From: Meyerozyma guilliermondii
Lineage: Eukaryota
Length of the DNA: 64,000 bases
Direction of reading: 5' to 3'
NCBI GenBank assembly: GCA_051546255.1
Contig: CP128818.1
Coordinates: 1 to 64,000 of the forward strand
Shown here: one piece after another, positions 9,597-19,769 of the stretch
Numbering within the stretch: position 1 is the first letter of the stretch
Layout of the letters: every line of letters begins with the position of its first letter
Translations under genes and position numbers: made by a program
Notes under the pieces: generated by a model
The model's input: only the letters and a program-made list of their open reading frames with translations
Database searches by the model: none
Told to the model about the DNA's origin: nothing

Positions 9597-10820
9597 TGAT
9601 TTTATTGGGTGTTAATCGGCCGGCTCAGTATCTTTTGTATTTATACAGTGGAACCATTTATCTCAATGGAGCGGCGGACATCTGTATGTGGTAATTTTGT
9701 GTCGGGATTAGGCGGCGTTAGATAAGAAGCTCAACTTTAAATTGATGCAGTCGGAGTGGGGAAGGTTAGTGGTTCGACTCGAGGTATACAATTTGTCTTC
9801 AGTGAAAGAAGTTGACTGAAGTAGAGAGTGAAATCTGAACCAAAAGTCGTAGCTGGGGCTGATCAATATTTGAGGGAAAACATTCAACTGTTTCACTAAT
9901 GAGTTAATAGTGAACTTTACTGATGAAAAATAGAGAGCATGTACCTTCAAGGTTACGTTTGGTTACCTTGATATAACATTACCAGTTGATTTCCGATTTG
10001 AGGACTCTCTGAGAAGTACCTGAGTTATCAAGTTCCGTTTCGCACTAATTAAACTCGGGAGTTACAGGCAATGCGTATCATACACTACGCCGCATCGCAT
10101 GCGTTCCAAATTTTCAGCACCAAATATGAATGTCAATCACCCCACTAACCTGAACTCTGCTCAATTAAACTTATGCTCCGCATTTAAACTTTCCTATAAG
10201 TCAGGCGTGAGTATCTACTCTAGATTAGAACTTCAAGACAACATATCTCGTGCAGGGGAGGCTTGAGTCTCACCGGCTGCAAATGCGACTCTTGAAGAAA
10301 ATCTGCCAATGTGCTGTGTAGATAGAGATCCTGGCCAAAGCAATTGGACTTGGGACTATACAATATAAGACTCTTCAGAAAAAATTTTGGTTTCATTGTT
10401 TGCATTTTTTTTAAAATTTTGCAATATTTTCGAAAATCGACTAAAATAGTGGTGGTGAAGAGTTGTAAGGCTGTATTAAATTGGCTACTAAGTTCTATGT
10501 TTGCTGATCCGTGCCAATGTAATTGAGGTCTTTTTCTCACTACGGTGTTAAAGTACAATGCTTTTCTGATCAAATAGTCGACTTATTGTATAGTCATGTT
10601 TTGGTCACTTCACCAAATCGGATCCTCCAATGACGATTATGTAGTATCTACAAAAATATATGAACGAACGGGAGGAAAGCTATATGAGAGATTTGGTTTA
10701 GTTGAAAGAATAATAGTTTACGATTGAAATTTCATAGTCGAAACCTAAAACTTTCTCAACATTAAAGAACACTATACCTACTTACTGAAAACTATTGTAC
10801 CATTGATCTCTCTGCTATTG

Positions 10821-12500
10821 TTATTGCTTTTCTGCATTTTTCTGTTTAGCATCAATTTGCACAATTTCATTAATATCCAAGGTATCAATTTGATACTTTT
10901 TAAAGTCTCTCGCCTTGACCTTTCTGATAAACATGATTCCCAACTCTTCATATGTTCTTCCTGCTGGTTCAGGTAATCTGAAATAAGCCCACGTAAATGC
11001 TACAGCAATTATACCAACTTGGAAAAAACCAACCTTACCCTTCCAATTACCTTCGGATTGGTTCAACATATAAGGGTAGATCACACTGTTCACAATGGAC
11101 CAAACATGAAACAAGTTTCTTGAAATACCAATAGTTTTCGCTCTTAATCTGGTAGATGACATTTCACTCGCAAGTGAAAAAGCAATTGGTCCTATAGTCA
11201 TATCATAAAAGAAAACTGCAACAAATAACAAAGAAGCTGTTCCCCATTTAACACTCAGATTAGAAGGTGGAGCCAAAGATATAAATCCCATGATCAAGAA
11301 TGAAAGTCCACAAAGCCCTAATCCAAGCAAATAGAGGGTTCTTCTTCCAAAGTTTCGTGCCAACAAAACCCATGAAATGACGGTTCCAACAAACCCAATA
11401 GCATATTGTACAATACCCAAAGTGAAGGCATTGCTATTGTCGATTCCTGCTTGTTCAAAAAAGTAAACTGCAAAGGACATCACATTACCAAGTGTAACAC
11501 TTTGAATCATCAAACCAATGGCACTTATTTCAGTTCTTCGAAGATCAACTCCTCTAAAGCAATCCAAGTATGTAGCGCCAGCTTGAACTTCTTGTTCCAT
11601 TTTGGTAGTATGAACCATGAATTCAATTGCATTGCTAATTTCCGAGTCAGACTTGTTTGTTACTAACCGTTTATAGGCATTTTTTGCCCGGGTGATTTCT
11701 CCCTTTCTAACGAGCCACCATGGTGAATCTGGAACAATTGCAAGCGGACCAACTAGCACCACGGGCCAAAACCACTGGACAGCAAAAGGAATCCTATATG
11801 ACCAATTGAATGTTTCATTTGCAAGACCCTTTAAAACACCCTGGGAGATCAATTGGCCAATAATAAATGCAATATTGACATATGTTGTCAAGTAACCTCT
11901 TAAAGCCACTGGACAAACCTCAGAAGCATACATGGGACCAATAACACCAAACACACCGTTAGGAAAACCCATTAATAATTGACCCACCAAAAGAACTTCT
12001 TTGGAATTTGCAAAAACAAGAATAAACGTAAACCCCACTGCAAACACAAATGATATTTGCATAAGCCGTTTATGACCAATTTTATCCACCGACCAACTGC
12101 CCAAAATAATTCCAAAAATGTTACCAACACTATTCATCATTGAAAGTGCTGTTTGCCAAGAAGCAGTAAGATCATACTCTCCATTTGATAAAAGCTGACC
12201 GTACTCTTTTTTAAAACTAGCAAATCCAAAAAGTGAACTCAAAAGTGTGATATTGTAACCGTCCATAACAATAGTCAAGGAAACAATGATGGACCACATA
12301 ACTGCTTTTTTGTATTCTTTGAGCGCTTGCATAAGCTTCAATGAGTGTTCTTTGTCGGTGTGTTCATAAACATCCGCCAATGTTTTGTCAAGAGCATCTT
12401 TTGATATATCTTCAACCTTGCCTTCACCTATCTCTGTTGGACGAATACTCTCAATATCTTCGCTGTGCTCGATACTAATTTTGCCTGTAACGCTTCCCAT
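10821..12500 (-). CDS. Sugar porter, maltose/alpha-glucoside:H+ permease family (Mal11/Mal31-like)
   Basis: YASEVCPVALRGYLTTYVN, YRIPFAVQWFWP, PDSPWWLVRKG, YLDCFRGVDLRRTEI, SEMSSTRLRAKT, LPEPAGRTYEEL. Confidence 0.93.
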   Translation of the reverse strand: MGSVTGKISIEHSEDIESIRPTEIGEGKVEDISKDALDKTLADVYEHTDKEHSLKLMQALKEYKKAVMWSIIVSLTIVMDGYNITLLSSLFGFASFKKEYGQLLSNGEYDLTASWQTALSMMNSVGNIFGIILGSWSVDKIGHKRLMQISFVFAVGFTFILVFANSKEVLLVGQLLMGFPNGVFGVIGPMYASEVCPVALRGYLTTYVNIAFIIGQLISQGVLKGLANETFNWSYRIPFAVQWFWPVVLVGPLAIVPDSPWWLVRKGEITRAKNAYKRLVTNKSDSEISNAIEFMVHTTKMEQEVQAGATYLDCFRGVDLRRTEISAIGLMIQSVTLGNVMSFAVYFFEQAGIDNSNAFTLGIVQYAIGFVGTVISWVLLARNFGRRTLYLLGLGLCGLSFLIMGFISLAPPSNLSVKWGTASLLFVAVFFYDMTIGPIAFSLASEMSSTRLRAKTIGISRNLFHVWSIVNSVIYPYMLNQSEGNWKGKVGFFQVGIIAVAFTWAYFRLPEPAGRTYEELGIMFIRKVKARDFKKYQIDTLDINEIVQIDAKQKNAEKQ

Positions 12501-12820
12501 GATAAGCTTTCGGTGCGGTTTTCTGAAAAACGAGTGGTACTTATAGATTCATGCAACAGCCATCTTGGCTCAATTACTACAAGTGCTCTTTCTCCACTGC
12601 TCTCAATTTTTTTCGCAATTTACCCCAGTTTTCGCGATTTACGACGGCTGCGAAAAAAATTTCCCCACATTAGCTCCACTTCTCAATATCTTTCGCAATT
12701 TCTTCATATCTATCCAATGGGAGTCTGTTGATGTTGCGAGAATAATTGAGAAGTGGAGTAATGTGGGGATCCTCATGTGGAGAAATATATAACGAATACG
12801 ATCCACCTTAAGCCACTAAG
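12501..12820. promoter_or_regulatory. Divergent permease/GH172 promoter with an imperfect inverted repeat and several Mig1-type SYGGRG boxes
   Basis: Inverted arms at 12663-12698 and 12734-12768, with a third partial copy at 12592-12620. CCCCAG, CCCCAC, GTGGGG and GTGGAG/CTCCAC boxes. TATATAA near 12786. Confidence 0.75.
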
Positions 12821-14113
12821 ATGCAATCCAACATTTTATCCAACGTTTGCAAAAAGAAAGATGCCAGAACTGGAAGAGTTTCCAGTTGGGACCATTCAGG
12901 AAAGAATGAAGATTCTTTTGTGATTTTGCCTGGCGAAGAAATTGAAATTGCTGATATTGAAGGTCCTGGAGCTATCACCCATCTTTGGTTTGTTCAAACC
13001 TGCTCAAGAGTGTTAGGACCTAATTGGGAAACTCGTGATGAGGATTTCTATAGAAAGGTACTCATTAAAATGTACTGGGACAACCAAAAACATCCTAGTG
13101 TTTTGGCTCCACTCGGAGACTTTTTTTGTGTTGGTAATTCTATGGTTTCCAACTTCCAGTCGTTGCCATTTACAGTCTCTGTCAAGCCAAGTCAAACCTT
13201 GAAATATGGTGGAGATGCTGCTATGAACTGTTATCTTACAATGCCATTCAACAAGAGAGCAAAGATTGTTATTGAAAATCAAAGTGAAAACGAGTACATT
13301 CAATATTTTTACATTGACTATGAACTTTACCGAAACCCAATGGAAGATATTCTTTACTTTCACTCGCATTGGCGCAGAACAGAAGTCACAGATGGATGGG
13401 GTCCCAACATTCAAGTGAACACTGATGATGTCAATATCACCAATCTAGATGGAAAAGACAACTACGTTGTTCTTGAAACTAAAGGTCAAGGCCAGTATAT
13501 TGGTATGAACCATTCGGTAATTCACTTTCAGGATGTCTGGTGGGGAGAAGGTGATGATATGATCTGGGTAGATGATGACCCAGCATGGCCACCTAGTATT
13601 CATGGTACTGGTGGTGAGGATTACCTTGGTCAAGGCTGGATGATGCAGAAGAATTCTTATCCATTTTGTGGAAGCATTATTCATGAAGATGATGTGCCTC
13701 AAAACCAAGTCAGTTATAGATGGCATTTGGTTGATCCGGTAAGATTTGAAAAGAGAATCAAGGTGACTCTCGAACACGGACATGCTAACCATTTGAGTGA
13801 TGATTGGGCTAGTACAGCATATTGGTACCAAACTTTACCGGGACCAAAATTGAAAATTCCAGATGTTGAGAAAAGATTGGTGAGACGTCCAATTCTTCCA
13901 AGCCCTGAATTAAAGGCACCGGACTTGAACACTCTTCGTCCTGATGCTCGTGAGATGCATCTCAAGCAACAAGAAAAGATGAAAGCTTTCCTTGAAAAGA
14001 GAAAGAGTGAAGCAGAAAGACGTGCCAAGGACTCAAAGGAAAGGGCTTTGAAGAATAAGGAAATCGCTGCAGAAGTAAGATCCAGATTCATGAATAACTC
14101 AAAAGGCAATTGA
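12821..14113 (+). CDS. DUF2961 / glycoside hydrolase family 172 (alpha-D-fructofuranosidase, difructose dianhydride hydrolase or alpha-D-arabinofuranosidase-like)
   Basis: GPGAITHLWF, YWD...PSVLAPLGDFF, NCYLTMPF, YFHSHWRR, WWGEGDD (E243), GTGGEDY (E266), YRWHLVDPVRF, EHGHAN, STAYWYQ. Charged C-terminal helix. No signal peptide. Confidence 0.9.
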   Translation: MQSNILSNVCKKKDARTGRVSSWDHSGKNEDSFVILPGEEIEIADIEGPGAITHLWFVQTCSRVLGPNWETRDEDFYRKVLIKMYWDNQKHPSVLAPLGDFFCVGNSMVSNFQSLPFTVSVKPSQTLKYGGDAAMNCYLTMPFNKRAKIVIENQSENEYIQYFYIDYELYRNPMEDILYFHSHWRRTEVTDGWGPNIQVNTDDVNITNLDGKDNYVVLETKGQGQYIGMNHSVIHFQDVWWGEGDDMIWVDDDPAWPPSIHGTGGEDYLGQGWMMQKNSYPFCGSIIHEDDVPQNQVSYRWHLVDPVRFEKRIKVTLEHGHANHLSDDWASTAYWYQTLPGPKLKIPDVEKRLVRRPILPSPELKAPDLNTLRPDAREMHLKQQEKMKAFLEKRKSEAERRAKDSKERALKNKEIAAEVRSRFMNNSKGN

Positions 14114-14138
14114 TTATGTTGACCCTAGCAGTCCTCAA

Positions 14139-15665
14139 TCAAACATCAAAATCACCTGTAGCTCCATAGAAGACACTATAAGACAGCATCGGCGACCACC
14201 TGTCAACTCTTGAGTTTCCAGCTTCTTCCTCTTGTATGTATTCGTTTTCATCAAGCATTTGCACCTTCATCGGATCACCAAATTTAAGAGAATTAGTCCA
14301 CAGCCACTGAGATATTTGGTGCAATTTTTGCTGTAAAGCACTGGGGATATAATTGCTATTCAGGTTTAGGCGTGAGATTATCTCCAACACCGACGTTAAA
14401 GCATTATACCCAATGCTAAAATTATTTTCGTTTATAGCATCACTTAAACTTTCGGCCACAGTTAACAATTTTGTCGTCACACATGGTCCATTGGTTTCAA
14501 AAGCGTAGAAAGGTACGGTTTGAGTGGTCTCCAAAAGATCCCTTGCAATCTGTATAGGGTAATTTGTGCTGAAGCAGTCATTCGGTAAGCGGTTTGGAAA
14601 TTTCTTCTCATTGCAAAAATTCCAAACAAGCAGCTGCATCCAGCTCTTGCTCAACAAGATATTCACCTTTTGAATTTCTGAAGAATTCTCTCCGATTCTT
14701 ATTTTATAGAGCTCGTCTTGAATTCCAGGAATCATTTTCACTGAAATGTTACAGTTGAACCTCTTCATGAAAAAAGATTTGTCAGGTAAGGCAAATACCT
14801 TGACAATCTGAGACAAATCACCAACTGAGCTCTGTTCATAGGGAAGACTCGCATCCAAAAGAACTGAAAAATCGGCTTCAAGACTTGTAAATCTTTCAGC
14901 AACCACAAGAATGTAGTAAATGTTTCTGAGCCGATGCTTTTCCTCTCGTGGCTTATTTGAGTATTTTGTGTTATCGTGTAAGCCAAGCAACTCAGCAATG
15001 GCAATGGCTTCTTTCAAATACAAAATTGCCGACGTATTCAGTTTTGCACTGGAATAGTATACGTGAAGGAAAAACGATACCAATACAGATTCTATGGTTG
15101 GGTTCGATCTGTAGTCGCAAAAATTGCGTGCTCTCAAACACTCAGATATAAAATCCGCCGAAGATACATTATTAGGAACCTCTAAAATCTTTTGCAGAGG
15201 CGAAAGGCAGTCAATATGCTGTTTTAAAGCACCAGCGAGTGCACAGCACAACGCATAAGATTGAATGTTTTCATGACTAACGTCCAACTCACACACGTCT
15301 TTCTTTGAAACACTAGACGTGAGTTGGGTAACCGATACAATCGGCCAAATCTCATAAAACCAAGTTTGGTACACTTGAAAAAATGGAATTAATTCAGCGA
15401 GCACCACCTGAGGTTGAAAATTGTAAATGGTCACTTCTTCCAGATTCTCCGAGAGATTATATCTTCGATAAATGTTCTCCATAGTTTTTGGTCTTACATT
15501 CTTTGGTCCTTTTTTTCTTCTTCCTCTATCGTTCGTACAAGGTAAGTTATGCCTTATACAATTTGGACAGGGTATAACATTACCGCATTTGACTCTTCTT
15601 ATGGAGCAGTTATCACAAGGTCGTCCATATTTTGGTCTTGTTTTTATATTCTTTTGGTTTACCAT
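14139..15665 (-). CDS. Mal-activator/Suc1-type Zn(II)2Cys6 transcription factor
   Basis: RPCDNCSIRRVKC...PCPNC...C followed by KKGPK. YQTWFYEIWPIVS, SYALCCAL, LKEAIAIAELLGLH, AFETNGP resemble C. albicans Suc1 and Mal63. Likely ATG 15665 (another in-frame ATG at 15755). Confidence 0.88.
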   Translation of the reverse strand: MVNQKNIKTRPKYGRPCDNCSIRRVKCGNVIPCPNCIRHNLPCTNDRGRRKKGPKNVRPKTMENIYRRYNLSENLEEVTIYNFQPQVVLAELIPFFQVYQTWFYEIWPIVSVTQLTSSVSKKDVCELDVSHENIQSYALCCALAGALKQHIDCLSPLQKILEVPNNVSSADFISECLRARNFCDYRSNPTIESVLVSFFLHVYYSSAKLNTSAILYLKEAIAIAELLGLHDNTKYSNKPREEKHRLRNIYYILVVAERFTSLEADFSVLLDASLPYEQSSVGDLSQIVKVFALPDKSFFMKRFNCNISVKMIPGIQDELYKIRIGENSSEIQKVNILLSKSWMQLLVWNFCNEKKFPNRLPNDCFSTNYPIQIARDLLETTQTVPFYAFETNGPCVTTKLLTVAESLSDAINENNFSIGYNALTSVLEIISRLNLNSNYIPSALQQKLHQISQWLWTNSLKFGDPMKVQMLDENEYIQEEEAGNSRVDRWSPMLSYSVFYGATGDFDV

Positions 15666-16181
15666 ATTATTGTGAGTTGCAATTTTCCCCGTAATTTCGT
15701 AAATGCACCCCAGATCTGTCCGATGCAGGAAAACGCTAAATTTGGGCTGCTTCATTGATTGCAAAAAAGGTCTGGGTGGCTATTTCGTTTGAAGGTACTT
15801 GATGCTATTTGCGCCCCTTCCAAAACTCGAGGTGAATCTATTGGCATTATAAAATTCCAAATTTTCATATGGCGATTTTGAAGTCCGAGCTTTATTTAGT
15901 ATGTGGATTTCATAATTGACTTCTAGCTTTTCTATGAGATTCATATTTAGTTATAAAATGTACCGGTTTTACTTGAAGACATGTTGTATACTTCTAGATC
16001 TTACCAAAGGCTGCAAAATTGTGTCGCTGCTCGGGCGAAATTTTCTGTAGTGATAAGAATTTGAATCCTTTTGGGAGCATATACGATATAATCATTTGAG
16101 CCTAACATTGAAACTAAGCTTAAGATTACGTTGTATTAATTGTTGATCCAGAACGTCAATAATTAACAAAGTGCCAATTGT

Positions 16182-18482
16182 TCAGCTAAGGAGCCATCCC
16201 CGACTCGCTACGCCAAGATTCGAGGTTTGCCAGTTTCGCATTCGAGTTGAATTTCTCAAAGAAAGAAATGGCAGTTCCTGAAATCTGTTTAGATATGTTT
16301 CTGATACATGAGAGCTCATATTGTCTTCTGAAATTGGATTTCTTAAAAAAAGCCATGGCAGTTCCTGGTTCATTGAATTAAGAGTTCTAGATATATCTCT
16401 CGGGGGTCTGATATACGAGAACTTATATTGATTTCTGAAAAGGTCCCAAGGTGAAGAGCTGGGGAGTCCCATTTCATGGCTCTCAGTATGGTCTCTTTGA
16501 AAATTTACTGGTAACTTTGAAATATCAATCACTTCATAGTCCTCTCCTAGACGTAATTGTATGAGTTTCTCAGCTCTGAGTATATCAAATGAATACCCTG
16601 CATTTGTGAGATCAAGGACTCTTAGCTCCAGACCGTTTGGTACCACAAATTCCCTTTTTAAATTGTTTCCATTGAGGTATAATGTCTCAATATGGGTCTC
16701 AACTTTGAAAGAGTTCAAGTCATTATCTCTCAAATCTAGAAAAGTAACTGTTTGCGGAATAGTCAACTTCTTGATGTTACTTAAAAAAGTACCCTGCATT
16801 TTTAGTACTTTCAAGCCTGGAGGGAGCTCAATCATTCCGTTGTCAATTGAATATGAAAAAGAATCGTCGATTCTTGTTATACGAGACCTGGTTATATCCA
16901 ATTCTTTCAACTTTGACCCTTTGGCAAATTTGACTCCACTCATAGTTAACAGTTCTATTTCAGAGAGGTATAGCTCTTGTACTGATGATGGAAATGTGTA
17001 GTTCTGAAGAGCTAGGTATTCAGCTCTCGAGAGGTCTAAAAGCTTTATACTAGAAGGCAATTCAGACATCTGGGAGATAGCTAGCTTATTTTCTCTAAGA
17101 ATAAGTACTTGAAGACAAGCTGGAAGTCTGGGAATTGAGGTTAACTGATTTTTGGTCAAGTCGAGAAGCTCAAGAACGGGAGCTTCGATCTGAACTTCCG
17201 TTAATTCATTGTAGCTCAAGCTCAAGTATTCACAGCAAGGAAGAACGGCACGGAAAGATGAAAGGCTATTAGCTTGAAGTGAAAGTCGCTTCAATCGCGC
17301 TGGTAGGGATGGTTTTAGGCAGCCGGAAGCCAGATTGATATGACAAGCCTCTATGTTGAGATCGACTATTCCAGGCGGAAAATTAAAGTTGGACAAGTCT
17401 TCAAACTTACCATTCGTAATCGAAAGTTTGAGCAAGTTCAGTGGAAATTTCAAGCTGCTAATTTTACCTGAAGGCAGCTCCAATATAAGTTCCAGTAAGT
17501 TGGGCGGTAACTGACAGTCGTTGATGTCTCCCCAAGGCTGTCTCAATGTAAGAGAGCTAACATGAATAAAATTGGCCATATTGTTGAGGTCGGTACCATC
17601 AAAGGAGACTAAATAGGGTAGCAGTGTGGACGGATGTGAATCATCCAATCCAAGATTTGTCACTTTGGGGCCAATCATGGAGTGAACTTCAGTCGTATCT
17701 GATGGATGTAACCCGGTACACGAAAAAGTTTTCAAATTTCTGTTCCAGAGTACTTGGAGTAGCAAGGTGCAATTGTGAGGGGCCCTCGCGTCTTCTATAA
17801 TCAACTCCCTAAGAGTTTCTAGTTTTGGATGGTGTTCGTTCATTATTATGGTGCAGTCTTTCGCTACCAACTTTTTCAAATTAACTGGTAATGTGCTGAA
17901 AATCCCATGACTGAGGTATAAATTCTTCAAGCTGGGATGGGCGTAGTCGACAATTATCTCGCATTCTTTGCCATAGAATGTTTCTAATTTCGGGAAACTA
18001 TTCAAATCAAGACATGAAGCAAAATGCACATCCAATGAGAGGGAAGTGATCTTGAGATTAATATCATGGTCTGAGAATAGAGGGTAATCTCGAAACGTCA
18101 GGTCTTTGAGGTCGACATGAATTCCCAATTTTTGGTTGTTGTAAACAAAGTTGATTTCATCGAGGGTTTGGTGCATCTGATGAATGTTTTCCCAAGTACA
18201 ATGAAACCAAAGAGGGCATTGAGGTGATTTCTTTTCAATTATTTCGCGTATACGTAGAAACTGGTCGAAGTCCGTTTCATAATGGGCTTCAATACCTTCA
18301 ATTCTTTGTTTATTAGCCCCTCGAATTTGCTTTGAATACCATAAATTATTGCAATTCTCAGCTACAGCTTGGAATATGTTTTCTGGAATGTTCTCCAACT
18401 GTAATATGCTGATGAGAAGTTTTGTGCTCAAGTAAGAAAAGCAACGTGTGACTATCTCGCAAGGTAAAGTATCTAGGTTCAT
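16182..18482 (-). CDS. F-box-like N-terminus plus leucine-rich-repeat protein (subtelomeric family)
   Basis: LDTLPCEIVTRCFSYL. Many xLPxxLxxLxL and LxLxxNxL units (LELLDLTKNQLTSIPRLPACLQVLILREN). Confidence 0.8.
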   Translation of the reverse strand: MNLDTLPCEIVTRCFSYLSTKLLISILQLENIPENIFQAVAENCNNLWYSKQIRGANKQRIEGIEAHYETDFDQFLRIREIIEKKSPQCPLWFHCTWENIHQMHQTLDEINFVYNNQKLGIHVDLKDLTFRDYPLFSDHDINLKITSLSLDVHFASCLDLNSFPKLETFYGKECEIIVDYAHPSLKNLYLSHGIFSTLPVNLKKLVAKDCTIIMNEHHPKLETLRELIIEDARAPHNCTLLLQVLWNRNLKTFSCTGLHPSDTTEVHSMIGPKVTNLGLDDSHPSTLLPYLVSFDGTDLNNMANFIHVSSLTLRQPWGDINDCQLPPNLLELILELPSGKISSLKFPLNLLKLSITNGKFEDLSNFNFPPGIVDLNIEACHINLASGCLKPSLPARLKRLSLQANSLSSFRAVLPCCEYLSLSYNELTEVQIEAPVLELLDLTKNQLTSIPRLPACLQVLILRENKLAISQMSELPSSIKLLDLSRAEYLALQNYTFPSSVQELYLSEIELLTMSGVKFAKGSKLKELDITRSRITRIDDSFSYSIDNGMIELPPGLKVLKMQGTFLSNIKKLTIPQTVTFLDLRDNDLNSFKVETHIETLYLNGNNLKREFVVPNGLELRVLDLTNAGYSFDILRAEKLIQLRLGEDYEVIDISKLPVNFQRDHTESHEMGLPSSSPWDLFRNQYKFSYIRPPRDISRTLNSMNQELPWLFLRNPISEDNMSSHVSETYLNRFQELPFLSLRNSTRMRNWQTSNLGVASRGWLLS

Positions 18483-19769
18483 TAATAAAGATAGGAGATG
18501 CTCGCTGCAAGGGTCCAGCTAGGTGTGCAGGATTACACTTGGCTGCAAATTCTCACTTTTATCAATAGTGTTAAGGCATTATTCGGGAGGAAAAAAGAGT
18601 AATTCATACTTGAAAACTTGTGTGATATGGTTTGGCTCTATCTCCCAAAAATTTGTAAATCATTTTTTCCCACCTCTTTATCCTGACATTCACTTTGCAT
18701 TCGTGATCCTGATTTGATGGGAACTAGATACGGGAATATGTTGTACGCAATTAAAAATTTAGGGAGGGTAACACAGCACACGACAAACAATCTAATGATA
18801 GTGAAACAAATATAAGTACGTTCATCATTCATGTTAAAATCTAACCGGTAGACTCTTAATCGATTTCTTTCGAACTTTTGTATCGAGAGTTCTTTCAGCA
18901 GAAAACCCCACTTGATCACACCTTGGTACAAAATATCCAGTGCACTACGAGAAGTGGGGTCATTCAAGTGGGCGGTCTTTCCATTTCAATCCATTGCCGT
19001 TTGCCTCGAGAGCCAAGAGCCGCCAAGCGGCCGCAAATACTGCACACAAATACTTGAAAGGTCAAGAAATAAACCCATGGGCGAGTGTCTTGGAAAAGAT
19101 GGTGCCAAAAATAACGTTTAAAGCGGGGTCATTCGGACTTCATTTCGTTTTGGGACAGTACCAAGCTTCAGGAACGCTAATCTGGCCATTTCTTGTCTGC
19201 ATTGTTCCTGCAATGCATTCCAAAAATAGCTTGGTATGTTATGTGCCCTGCTTGACTTTGTCGTAGAAAAGCCAAAGTGTCAGAGTTCTCGAAGGCATGA
19301 AACAAGTCATGTCACGAGGTTTTAGATTCGTTGATACCATAATGGTAACGCCGAAAATATGGCCAAAGTAGAACAACAGAATTGAGGCTTTGGTAGGATT
19401 CATGGCCGACCGACTGAAAGACTGTACATTACAAGTCAGCCGATGGTTGCATATCGCTTGGAAGCATTATGCAGTGTAACCAAGGTTAGATTCAGAATAG
19501 GAACAACATCCGTATATTCCATGCGCGTTCATGCGGCAACTGCATTGTCATGTCGAAAACGCACAAATTTGCAACCACTTTTATGCATTATGCATGCACA
19601 ATGCAATAGTAGCCAAGAGCCAAACTAAACTGCCGTTCAGAGACCAATGAATCAGTCCCGTGGATGAGCTGAGCATAAATGATATATAGTCAGGACTCAC
19701 AGAGAAGTCAAAATAAGATACTCATAAGTGTACGCACTCAAAAAGACTCGTTTATCAACTTAGTCAATC

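Noticed and set aside
8814..9599. 261-aa ORF antisense to FMO1
   Set aside because: Shadow frame of a real gene, with a non-ATG start and no recognisable motifs.
9770..9785. GGTTCGA B-box-like strings (also near 404, 24155, 32179) as tRNA genes
   Set aside because: No cloverleaf stems or A-box could be built.
1022..10426. Shared 19-mer TTTTTAAAATTTTGCAATA at 1022-1040 and 10408-10426 as direct repeats flanking the peptidase module
   Set aside because: Very AT-rich with little extension and no transposase or LTR; chance or old relic homology is enough to explain it.
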